Shown here: in pieces, positions 55,417 to 64,000 of the stretch
How positions within the stretch are numbered: position 1 is the stretch's first letter
Layout of the letters: the number at the start of each line of letters is the position of its first letter
Source: Candidatus Latescibacterota bacterium
GTDB taxonomy: Bacteria > Latescibacterota > UBA2968 > UBA8231
Assembly: GCA_965203175.1 (NCBI GenBank)
Contig: OZ241867.1
Span: 5,952,001-6,016,000, forward strand
Length of the DNA: 64,000 nt
Direction: 5' to 3'
Translations under genes and position numbers: made by a program
The notes under the pieces: generated by a model
The model's database searches: none
Told to the model about the DNA's origin: nothing
The model's input: only the letters and a program-made list of their open reading frames with translations

Positions 55417-56505
55417 CTACGGCAGGTACGAGGTGTAGAACCGGTGCCAGTTCCCGTACATGACGTTGGCGACGTCCTCGCTGCCGTAGCCGCGGCGCTC
55501 GAGAATCGGGACGAGCTTCCCGTAGTCAGCTATGCTGTCGATCTCGAGCGGGGCCCCGTCGATCCCCCCTTGGCCATCGGTGTCGCCGCCGATCCCCGCG
55601 TGCCGGGAGTTGCCAGCCAACTGGCAGACGTGGTCGACGTGATTGGCGATATGCTCCAAGGTCACTTCTTCCCGCGCGTAGTACTCCCGCCGCGAAAAAT
55701 CTGCGGTGCGGGCCCAGTCGAGATCCTGCTTCTCGCGCAGCATCCAAGTGTCCATCGAGGCCCCGACGACGCCGTCCCGCTCGATCACCGCCCTGACCTG
55801 CTCGTCGCTGAACTGGCGCTCCCCGGGGGCCAGAGCGCGGCAGTTTTGATGGCTCGCCAGGATCGGGCCGGAATAATGGTCGAGTGCTTCCCAGAAACTG
55901 CGGTCGGCGATGTGCGTCGTGTCGAGCAGCATGCCGCAGGCCTCCATCTCCCGCAGCAACTCCGGTCCGGGGGGCAGCAGCCCTCCCTCGGTCCCAGTGC
56001 CGGTACCGTGGGCGTAGCGGCTGCGGCCGTAGTGCGTCAGGCTGACCACGCGCACCCCGTCGTCCCACCACTCCCCTACCTGCCCCGGCGTCAGGATCGG
56101 GTCGGCCCCCTCCATGCCGATCAGGAAGCCGACCGGCAGCCGGGAGTCCCCTGCCCGCTGCTCCCACTGCCCGGCGAGTTCGCGCAATTGTCCAGCGGTG
56201 GTGACGACGACCGCTTCCCCGGTGCTCTCTAGGCCGCGGTACAAGGCGAGTTGCCCCTTCCCCGCAGCGTACACCACCTCCTTGCCGCGATACCCCGGCA
56301 GGATGCTGTCCTTGCGCATTCGCCGCGCCGCGATCTTCATCAGCGCGCAGTACACCCCCCCTCTGCGCATCTCCGGGAGGCAGCCGAAGGGAATGTTGGA
56401 GGGGTTGGCGTCGGCGGCGCGCAGCTCGTCGAGCGGAAGGGTCAAATCCCTGTTGAGACCGAGGGCACCGTGCGCCATCGGGTAGTCGCCATCGAAAATT
56501 AGCAC
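55417..56505 (-). CDS. Membrane dipeptidase (peptidase M19)
   Basis: MEGADPI, LTHYG, LDTTH, ASHQNCRAL, HVDHVCQ, IGGDTDG; RBS AAAGGAG before GTG 56505. Confidence 0.88.
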   Translation of the reverse strand: MLIFDGDYPMAHGALGLNRDLTLPLDELRAADANPSNIPFGCLPEMRRGGVYCALMKIAARRMRKDSILPGYRGKEVVYAAGKGQLALYRGLESTGEAVVVTTAGQLRELAGQWEQRAGDSRLPVGFLIGMEGADPILTPGQVGEWWDDGVRVVSLTHYGRSRYAHGTGTGTEGGLLPPGPELLREMEACGMLLDTTHIADRSFWEALDHYSGPILASHQNCRALAPGERQFSDEQVRAVIERDGVVGASMDTWMLREKQDLDWARTADFSRREYYAREEVTLEHIANHVDHVCQLAGNSRHAGIGGDTDGQGGIDGAPLEIDSIADYGKLVPILERRGYGSEDVANVMYGNWHRFYTSYLP

Positions 56506-56773
56506 GGCTTTCTCCTTTCGTGGTCGGCAGTGTTTTCTGCAGGATGTCGCGGTTCCGGTTTGCCAGGGCCGGTGGAACTCCAAGCTGACGGGGCGATTCG
56601 GCCCGCCCGGGGAAAAGTAGCTTTGGCGGGGAGGCCGGGCAATCGCCTAGGACCATGCCGGCAGGCATCAGTGACCTGCAAGCGACCCTGAGACCGGGCT
56701 CCGGTTGGCCCACCTTCTCCGCATTGGATATGTTAGAGCTGCTGGGATTACAACCCATTACCCGAGCCATCCC

Positions 56774-58252
56774 ATGAAAGCCGCCCTCGCCCAGTTCATC
56801 TTCGAAAGCAACACCTTCACCCCCGCCCTAGCGGAGATCGACCTCTTCAGGAAAGGCGGAGTCTTTCTCGAAGACGAAGCCCAAGTGCGCGCTTGGGCCG
56901 CCGGAACCGACTCGCAAATGCACGGCAGCCTGGAGGTGCTGGCCGCAGCCGGCTGGGAAACCGCCCCCTGCTTCACCGCCGTCTGCGGCTCTCCCGCCGG
57001 ACGCCTGAGCGCCGCCTGCTTTCGCGAGATCAGCGGCACCCTGCTCGACCGGGTCGCCGCCGCCATGCCGTTCGACGTCCTCATCCTCCACCTGCACGGG
57101 GCCGCAGCCGCCGACGGCGAGGACGATCCCGAGGGGTACCTCCTCGAGAAGGTGCGCACCGATCTCGGCTACCGCGGCCGGGTCGTGCTCTCTCTCGACC
57201 TGCACGCCAATTTCACCCGCCGCATGCTGCGGCACGCCGACGCGATCACCGCGTACCGAACCTTCCCCCACATGGACTTCACCGCCACCGGCGAGCGCGC
57301 CGCGCGCTTGGCCCTGCACTCGGGGCCTTTCACTCGCGCCGCAGCCAAGGTGTCCGTCCTGATGCCACCGACGAATAGCACTCATTTCGAGGGGCACCTG
57401 TGCGACCTGCTCACCCGCGCCCGCGAGCTCGAACAGTGGCACGCAGACGTCCTCGACGTCTGCATCCTGCCGGTGCAGCCCTGGATGGACATCGACGAAC
57501 TCGGCTCCTCCGTGGTCGTCACCGCCACCGAAGGAGGCGTCCCCCTCGATGAGCTGCAGAAGCTCGCCGACGAGTGGTACGCCCAACGGCACCACTGGAG
57601 AAGCCGGCTCACCCCCTGGCCGGAGATCCTGCAGAGACTCCGGCACAAGGGTCCGGAGCCCTGGGTGCTGGCCGACACCGCGGACGCGACCTCCGGGGGC
57701 TCCCCCGGCCACAGTGCCGAGGCCCTGCGACGGCTGTTGCCGCTCCGCGAAGAGCTGCCCGGCAAGGTGCTGCTCTGGGTGGTCGATCCGGGCACCGTCG
57801 CCGCGGCCCGTAGCGGGGCGACCCGCTTCACCACCGGCGACCCGCCGGTCTCTTGGGAAGGGCGCGTGATCTGGACGGGAGAGGGCAACTACAAGGCCCG
57901 GGGTGGAGCCTACACGGGCCAGGCCCTCTCGATGGGGGAAGCCGCGGTCATAGAGTCGGGGCAGATCCAGCTCGTCGCCTGCTCGTACCCAGCGCTGACT
58001 CCGGATCCGGCCTTCTACGAGTGCGCCGGGCTGCAGCCGGATGCCGCCCTCGCGGTTATGGCCAAGAACATGACCGGGTGGATGGCGGCCTTTGGTGCCC
58101 CCTGGGAGCGCGGCCTGCTGTTCGACGGCCCCGGTGCCTGCACCTTGGACTTCGCCTCCATCCCGTTCACGGGAAGCGGCCGCGGGCTCTGGCCCGTCGA
58201 TTCGGCCCCGGCGAATCCGGTAGCGATCTGGGAACCGGATGCCTCCAGCTAA
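56774..58252 (+). CDS. MlrC-like M81 metallopeptidase
   Basis: ESNTF, LHGAA, DDPEG, LDLHAN, YRTFPHMD. Confidence 0.9.
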   Translation: MKAALAQFIFESNTFTPALAEIDLFRKGGVFLEDEAQVRAWAAGTDSQMHGSLEVLAAAGWETAPCFTAVCGSPAGRLSAACFREISGTLLDRVAAAMPFDVLILHLHGAAAADGEDDPEGYLLEKVRTDLGYRGRVVLSLDLHANFTRRMLRHADAITAYRTFPHMDFTATGERAARLALHSGPFTRAAAKVSVLMPPTNSTHFEGHLCDLLTRARELEQWHADVLDVCILPVQPWMDIDELGSSVVVTATEGGVPLDELQKLADEWYAQRHHWRSRLTPWPEILQRLRHKGPEPWVLADTADATSGGSPGHSAEALRRLLPLREELPGKVLLWVVDPGTVAAARSGATRFTTGDPPVSWEGRVIWTGEGNYKARGGAYTGQALSMGEAAVIESGQIQLVACSYPALTPDPAFYECAGLQPDAALAVMAKNMTGWMAAFGAPWERGLLFDGPGACTLDFASIPFTGSGRGLWPVDSAPANPVAIWEPDASS

Positions 58253-58320
58253 GCGGGGTGCCGAAACGAATTACTTCATGCAAGATTTGGAATGAGTAAC
58301 CTCGCCTATTCGCGCGGTCG

Positions 58321-60513
58321 CTAGCGGAGAAGGATCAACTTGCGCGTCTGCTCCCGCCCATTGGCCCTGAGCCGATAGCAATAGACACCTGAAGCCAGTT
58401 CGGCCCCGGGGGTGTTGCGTCCGTCCCAAGTGAAGGTGTACGCACCCGATGGGTACGGCCCTTGGGCCAGCGTTGCGACCTTCTGCCCTGCTATATTGTA
58501 AACGGCCAGTTCCACCTCAGCCCTAGCCTCCAAGTCGATGCGAATCACCGTCGATTGGTTAAAGGGATTGGGGAAATTTTGCGCGAGGTGGAAAGCCGCC
58601 GGCCGAGCGCTTACCTGCGCCTCATGCACAGCGGTATCAATCGGCGGCGTGGCGGCGACCAAGGCGAGATCGGCGATATACGCCTCCCTCTTCAAATAAC
58701 CGAAGATTCGCACTGAATCAACCTTGAACGGGAGATCGGCGTCGGATACGCCAAGGGTGGACAGGGGGATCTCCACGGTTTGCCAACGCTTATCTGCAAG
58801 ATCAACTGCTAGTGAATCCCCGTCGTCAAACCCGAGCTGCACGGTGCGCACGCCGATGCTGACAGCCAAGGTCTTGGCGGAAAAATCCTCCACCGCGTCG
58901 GGATGGAAGGCAAAGCGCAGCGCGGTGTAACCGGTCAGGTCGAAAGGAGTTTGCGTCTCGAAGACAGCGTCGAATTTCCTGGGCAGAATCAGGGCTTGGC
59001 GCCCGGCGAAAAATGCGGTTTCTCCCCTCTTCTGTGACCAACCCTCGGCTAGGATCCCCGCATAAATTTCCAAATCCCGCTCGGGATACAGGTCGTAGGG
59101 AAGGTTGTAGGGATAAATGTGGCCTCGATCATCGACCAGTTCGACGTGCAGACGATGACGCCCAGTAGGCAGGTCAGGTGACAGCGGCAGCGAACCGGTA
59201 AAGGTGCGGCCCTCGGCGCGGAGCGGCTGTGCAGCAGTCTCGCCGTTGAGGCGAATGCCGATTCGTGCGATGTGCCCAGTGGCGCGGCGCGGCGAGGGCG
59301 CGACCGTGGCCTCGATATCCACGCTCCGGTGGCGGCCGCGGATGGCGACGGGCGGGGCGACGGCAACAGCGCGAATGGCAAAGGCTGGCTCGTTCAGCCT
59401 GAAGGCTTCGATGCCGACCGCGCCGTCGGCGACATAGAGCAGCCCGTCGTCGTGAGGTTGGACGCTCCAAGCAAACCCCGGATAGGTGTGATAGCCGATT
59501 TCTACCGGTCGCGCCGGGTCAAGCAGGTCAAAGACGCGCAAGCCCGCTTCGTAATAGGCCCAATACAACAGCCCATTGTGGACCCAAGGATTGTGCGGGC
59601 CGAGAATGGGCCCTTGGGGCGGCGGGTCGCTGCTGAAAGAGTGGACGACCTGCGGCTGCCGGGGGTCTGCGATATCGACGACGTAGAGGCGCTGATTCCA
59701 GCCGCCGAATTCCTGGTTGCAGTAAACGTAGTCGCCCTCGGCCCATGCGCTGTGCATGCCTTCGGCAAAAGGCAACGCGGCGAGCATCGTGGGTGCGTCG
59801 GGGTCGGTCAGGTCGAGGAGGACCAAGCCTGAAAACATATCGCTGACAACGGCGAGACGGTCGCGGATGAATACGTCGTGGACCACATTGCTAAAATCGC
59901 CCTCGTGCTGCCAGAAACCCGAGACCAAGGGCGCAGTCGGGTCGGAGATATCGACAATGCTCAGGCCCGGATTCAGCCCGTGAGCGAGATAGAGGCGATC
60001 GCCGTGGAGAAAGAGATTGTGGACGCCCCACCAGCTTTCTTGGTCAAACCGCGAGAGCTCGACGGGATTTGCAGGGTCGGAGATGTCGAGGATCAACAAC
60101 CCAAAGCTGGATTCGAAATCCTGTACGCCAATGACGGCTACATCGCCCGCGATCTTTATGTCTAGTGCGGGTCCGGGGGTGCGCACCTCGGCTACTTTGC
60201 GCATGTTGGCAGGGTCGGAGATATCGACGATATGGACGATGCCGCGAAAGTCGCCCATCAGCGCGTGATCGCCCGCGAGATAGAGGTCTGTGCCGTCGGG
60301 ATAGGGAGAGAGGTGAGTGCTGTCGGGCAGGTCGTCACCTTTGGAAGGGCTGATGAGTGCGATTTCGCCAACGCGTTCCACATTGAGGCTGTCGGGCGCA
60401 TCAGCGGGCGCAAACATGGGCGCGGGATGGCCGGAGGCCGCCGTGGCAACAAGGGCGATCAGCAGTGGCAACAAGGCCCGATTTCCAGCAGGGGTGGACT
60501 CTTGGTTGAGCAC
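58321..60513 (-). CDS. Secreted LVIVD-repeat protein with FlgD-Ig/T9SS-like C-terminus
   Basis: Repeated IVDISDP; HN/HD/HS motifs; QNFPNPFN...WDGRN...SGVY. Confidence 0.88.
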   Translation of the reverse strand: MLNQESTPAGNRALLPLLIALVATAASGHPAPMFAPADAPDSLNVERVGEIALISPSKGDDLPDSTHLSPYPDGTDLYLAGDHALMGDFRGIVHIVDISDPANMRKVAEVRTPGPALDIKIAGDVAVIGVQDFESSFGLLILDISDPANPVELSRFDQESWWGVHNLFLHGDRLYLAHGLNPGLSIVDISDPTAPLVSGFWQHEGDFSNVVHDVFIRDRLAVVSDMFSGLVLLDLTDPDAPTMLAALPFAEGMHSAWAEGDYVYCNQEFGGWNQRLYVVDIADPRQPQVVHSFSSDPPPQGPILGPHNPWVHNGLLYWAYYEAGLRVFDLLDPARPVEIGYHTYPGFAWSVQPHDDGLLYVADGAVGIEAFRLNEPAFAIRAVAVAPPVAIRGRHRSVDIEATVAPSPRRATGHIARIGIRLNGETAAQPLRAEGRTFTGSLPLSPDLPTGRHRLHVELVDDRGHIYPYNLPYDLYPERDLEIYAGILAEGWSQKRGETAFFAGRQALILPRKFDAVFETQTPFDLTGYTALRFAFHPDAVEDFSAKTLAVSIGVRTVQLGFDDGDSLAVDLADKRWQTVEIPLSTLGVSDADLPFKVDSVRIFGYLKREAYIADLALVAATPPIDTAVHEAQVSARPAAFHLAQNFPNPFNQSTVIRIDLEARAEVELAVYNIAGQKVATLAQGPYPSGAYTFTWDGRNTPGAELASGVYCYRLRANGREQTRKLILLR

Positions 60514-60784
60514 TGTTGGTTCTCCTGCGATCTAAGGGTGGCAATAAGGGCCGATACCCGGCCAGAATGGACTCACCATTGGGACGCCCCCAAGCTGCGG
60601 ACGTTCCAGTGGCGATTAGGTCAACATCTTGCTGAAAGGCATCTAAGTAATAGCTAGTGGATGGGGATATAGTTGATGGGCGACAGGCCCTTGGCAAGTT
60701 ATTTTTTGTCATCGCCGCAGGTGTGCCGTCAACGAGTGGCGGTGCTACTTCAGGAACAGGGCAGAATTCGCAGAGGAGAAGGCC

Positions 60785-61777
60785 ATGAAAGCACAACGAC
60801 TAATTTGCACAGACATCCGGCGGATCGAATTGGCGGAATTTGAACTGCCGCGCGTGCCCGACCACGGCATTTTGGTGCAAAACGACTACACCGCCGTAAG
60901 CGTTGGCACGGAAATCTACGGCTACACCCACGGCGGCGAACCATCGAGCGCAGTAACATTTCCGCGCCCCACCGGCTATTGCAACACAGGCGTGGTGCTT
61001 GAGGTCGGCAAAAATGTGCAGGGGATACAACCCAGCGACCGCATTGCAGGCCAAGGCAACCACGCAAGTCACGCGGTCCTGACCGGCAATTTCCGCAAAG
61101 CACCCGCCGGCGTCTCGCCCAAATCCGCAGCATTCATGGTCATGGGTGCCATTGCCCTGCACGGACATCGGGTTGGTCGTCCCGAATTGGGCGAGACCGT
61201 TGCCATCACCGGCATGGGCATTGTCGGCCAATTGGCAGCGACCTTTGCGCGGTTGGCCGGTGCCCTCCCGGTCATTGCAATCGATCTGGACGATTTCCGC
61301 TTGGACAAAGCCAAGGATCGGGGCGCGGATATTTGTATCAATCCCAATGACACAGGTGATGTCGCCGAAATCGTGCGTCGGCATTGCGTGGGAGATGGCG
61401 TCGATCTAGTCATCGAAGCAACTGGCATCCCCGCAGTCTATCCCATGGCGCTAACCTTGCCGCGGCTAGGGGGCCGCCTAGTCGCGCTGGGGTCTCCGCG
61501 CGGCACCGTCGAAGTAAGTTTTCTGCCCGAAGTTCACCTGCGCGAAATCGCCATCCTCGGCGCGCATCAGCCCAAAACCCCAGACGACGACCACATCTAC
61601 TATCCCTGGAACAAAAGCAGAGACCGCGATCTGGTCTTGCGCTTGATGGCCGCAGGCAAGCTGCCCATCGACGACCTAATCACCCACGTCGCCAACCCCG
61701 CCGATTGCCAAACCACCTACGACATGCTCGCCGACAATCCACAAGAAGCGTTGGGCGTGGTATTTGCATGGACGTGA
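60785..61777 (+). CDS. Zinc-binding-type alcohol dehydrogenase (MDR family)
   Basis: VSVGTE, GYCNTG, GNHASH, GMGIVG. Confidence 0.88.
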   Translation: MKAQRLICTDIRRIELAEFELPRVPDHGILVQNDYTAVSVGTEIYGYTHGGEPSSAVTFPRPTGYCNTGVVLEVGKNVQGIQPSDRIAGQGNHASHAVLTGNFRKAPAGVSPKSAAFMVMGAIALHGHRVGRPELGETVAITGMGIVGQLAATFARLAGALPVIAIDLDDFRLDKAKDRGADICINPNDTGDVAEIVRRHCVGDGVDLVIEATGIPAVYPMALTLPRLGGRLVALGSPRGTVEVSFLPEVHLREIAILGAHQPKTPDDDHIYYPWNKSRDRDLVLRLMAAGKLPIDDLITHVANPADCQTTYDMLADNPQEALGVVFAWT

Positions 61778-61794
61778 TTCCGAGAACCGCGCTC

Positions 61795-62139
61795 TTATCC
61801 CGCGAGAAGGACCGTCAGCTTTTCTAAGATTTCACCCACCACGTGCGGTGGAGCTTGAGACGCAAAGTCGATTCGTCGTACCCGCCAGTCCAAGCTCTTG
61901 ATCTGGTCGGCTAGGATGACTCCCGCGACGGAACTACTGGGAGGAAGGGCAACCTCAAAGGGATAGCCCTTGACTTGAGACGTGATAGGACAAAACAGAC
62001 CTAGGCCCGTTTTCTCGTTGTAATTCCGCGGACTCAAAACTAGGGCGGGACGACGCCCGGCTTGTTCATGCCCAGCCTGAGGTGTGAAGGTAAGCCACAC
62101 AATGTCCCCTGTACCTGGGACATACGCTCGCTCTACCAT
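61795..62139 (-). CDS. mazF: MazF endoribonuclease toxin
   Basis: GDIVW..FTPQAGHEQAGRRPALVLSP..YN; DQIKSLDWR. Confidence 0.95.
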   Translation of the reverse strand: MVERAYVPGTGDIVWLTFTPQAGHEQAGRRPALVLSPRNYNEKTGLGLFCPITSQVKGYPFEVALPPSSSVAGVILADQIKSLDWRVRRIDFASQAPPHVVGEILEKLTVLLAG

Positions 62140-62372
62140 GCCTCGTTGCCTTGGGCCGGACCAGTATCCAACTCGGGATGAAGATTGTCCTCCGTTACCT
62201 GGTCCAGCATATCGGCCAAGTTATAAGTTCTCTTGCGCATCACAACTTGGTCACCGTGCGAGACTATCTCGATGGCAGAGCCTTCGCAAACGCCCCATTG
62301 CTCGGCAATGGGCTTGGGAATGCGGACGGCCAAGCTAGTGCCCCATTTGGCGATGTGGGATTTCGCGCCCAT
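62133..62372 (-). CDS. mazE: MazE antitoxin
   Basis: KWGTSLAVRIPK...NLHPELDTGPAQGNEAW. Confidence 0.93.
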   Translation of the reverse strand: MGAKSHIAKWGTSLAVRIPKPIAEQWGVCEGSAIEIVSHGDQVVMRKRTYNLADMLDQVTEDNLHPELDTGPAQGNEAW

Positions 62373-62581
62373 CTAGGATACCTCCTTATTGCGTCTATTC
62401 ATATCTATATTATATATCTTTACAGAGGCGATCTCAAGGGTGCGAAACCGCTTCTAATCTCGCGCATTTCATTTGTATAATGCCTTAATTTAAATTTCTA
62501 TTCATACCAGCAACGGGCCATTGCCCCAGCCTCGGCGGTTGGGTACATTGAAACCTTTCTTTACTAGACAGGCGTAGGGAA

Positions 62582-63337
62582 ATGAGATACAAATTGGCAT
62601 ACAGCGGCCTATTCTGGCGGGCACCCGACCTAGCGCAGGAGTTAGAAGCCCTGCGAACGTTTGGTTGGGATGGCTGGGAGGCGCGGCAACCACTCGACTG
62701 GTTGGGCACGCCACAGCGCGTGCGCCGGCTCTGCGAAGCATATGGCGTGGAAGTGGCCGCCGTCTGCGGGCCGAATATCGCGCTGGACCTCGACGGGCCG
62801 AGCCAACAGATCAACAAGCGGCGAATCGAGTTTGCCGCCGATCTCGGGGTCGAGACCTTTATGACCAAAGGGCCGGGACGCGAAGGCCGCAACAGCACGG
62901 ACGCAGAGTTGGACCTAATGGCGGCCGCGTACGAGGATCTGGCCACATACGGCGCGGACTTAGGCGTTGTGGTTACATTCCATCCGCATATCAAGCACCT
63001 CGTCGACAGCGCCGCAGAGTGGAAGCGCTTCATGGGTCGCCTAGATGCGTGCCGCCTCTGTATGGACATGTCCCACGCCGTGCATTGGGGCTACGACCCG
63101 GTCCAAGCCGTGCGCGATTTCGCCGCGCGGATCGCGTACGTGCATCTGCACGATTTCAAAGACGGACAGACCGTGGAACTGGGCGAAGGCCCCATGTGCG
63201 ACTACCCGGCATTTATGGCGGCGCTGCAGGAAGCCGGATACACCGGCTGGATCACAGTCTGCCCCGGACAAGCCGAGCGGCCCGAAACCGAAAAGATGCA
63301 AATCAACCGCCAGTACATGCGCAGCGTTGGCTATTAG
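62582..63337 (+). CDS. Sugar phosphate isomerase/epimerase (IolE-like TIM barrel)
   Basis: FHPH, CMDMSH, VHLHD, ELGEG. Confidence 0.85.
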   Translation: MRYKLAYSGLFWRAPDLAQELEALRTFGWDGWEARQPLDWLGTPQRVRRLCEAYGVEVAAVCGPNIALDLDGPSQQINKRRIEFAADLGVETFMTKGPGREGRNSTDAELDLMAAAYEDLATYGADLGVVVTFHPHIKHLVDSAAEWKRFMGRLDACRLCMDMSHAVHWGYDPVQAVRDFAARIAYVHLHDFKDGQTVELGEGPMCDYPAFMAALQEAGYTGWITVCPGQAERPETEKMQINRQYMRSVGY

Positions 63338-63359
63338 AATTGTATAGGAGAACAAAAGC

Positions 63360-64000
63360 ATGAGTCAGATACAGGCAGCGATTATGACCGGCCCAGGCCA
63401 GATCGCCGTGCGCTCGTATCCCAAACCCCAGATCGGAGACGACGAAGTCCTACTGAAAATCGAACGCACCGGTATCTGCGGCAGCGACAAGCACATGTTC
63501 GCCGGCCACATGGCCCTGCCGTTTCCCGTGATACCCGGCCACGAATTAGTGGGCATCGTCGAGGAGATGGGTCCGGCCGCAGCCGATAGCTTGGCCATAG
63601 TGGGCGGCCCAGTCGCGGTGGGTGACCGCGTGACGACGACGCCCTCGTCGCGGGCCTGTGGGCGGTGCTACTACTGCCTGCACATGCCCCAGCGGCCCAC
63701 CCTGTGCTCCAACCGCTTTGTGTACGGATTTGTGTCCGCTGATCTCGCGCCCATGCCGCGCGGCGGTTTTGCCGAATATCTGCATTTGACGGGCCATTCG
63801 TGGCTCTTCAAGATCCCCGACGACCTGCCCTCGGAACGGGCCGTACTCACCGAGCCAGCGGCCGTGGCCACCCGGGCCGTAGAGCGCGCCTTGGGACCGG
63901 GTATCCCGCACATCGGCGAAGGGCTCGGCCTCGACAAATCCGTGCTAGTCCTCGGAGCCGGCCCCATCGGCCAACTCGTGGTGGCAGTGCTGAGCCACAT
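63360..64000 (+). CDS. Zinc-dependent dehydrogenase, 3'-truncated by window edge (absent from ORF track)
   Basis: RBS AGGAG, ATG 63360; GICGSDKH, PGHE, CGRCYYC, GAGPIG. Confidence 0.88.
   Translation, partial: MSQIQAAIMTGPGQIAVRSYPKPQIGDDEVLLKIERTGICGSDKHMFAGHMALPFPVIPGHELVGIVEEMGPAAADSLAIVGGPVAVGDRVTTTPSSRACGRCYYCLHMPQRPTLCSNRFVYGFVSADLAPMPRGGFAEYLHLTGHSWLFKIPDDLPSERAVLTEPAAVATRAVERALGPGIPHIGEGLGLDKSVLVLGAGPIGQLVVAVLSH

Noticed and set aside
55526-57712. Long alternative-frame ORFs (414 aa, 294 aa and others) over the peptidase genes
   Set aside because: Arg/Gly/Ala-rich shadow frames expected in very GC-rich DNA; the real genes have clear motifs.
1-64000. tRNA, rRNA, integrase, reverse transcriptase or integron attC sites
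   Set aside because: None recognised; intergenic spaces are short and lack the expected consensus.

Overview
GC-rich bacterial chromosomal window. The gene content (sulfatase, enolase-superfamily enzymes, Zn-dehydrogenases, NHL/LVIVD proteins, secreted proteins with PNPFN/FlgD-Ig C-termini) suggests a Latescibacterota/Poribacteria-like FCB-affiliated organism, possibly a sponge symbiont; this taxonomy is inference only. A metabolic backbone is interrupted by accessory DNA: (i) a decayed type I-E CRISPR locus in which a Cas3 HD stump abuts a repeat and the array is split by a 2017-bp gene-bearing insert; (ii) an insertion hotspot marked by a 120-bp direct repeat and shorter gene-end copies (10.8-15.3 kb); (iii) a probable secreted UxxC selenoprotein redoxin that the ORF track splits at an in-frame TGA; (iv) an intact tnpB with a right end but almost no left end; (v) a 1466-aa nuclease-STAND putative defence protein; (vi) five toxin-antitoxin pairs; (vii) a 12-kb iron/heme uptake island (porin-imelysin-diheme protein, TonB receptor, HmuY, HemS, HmuTUV). 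All calls come from reading motifs by eye; no searches or computations were run.
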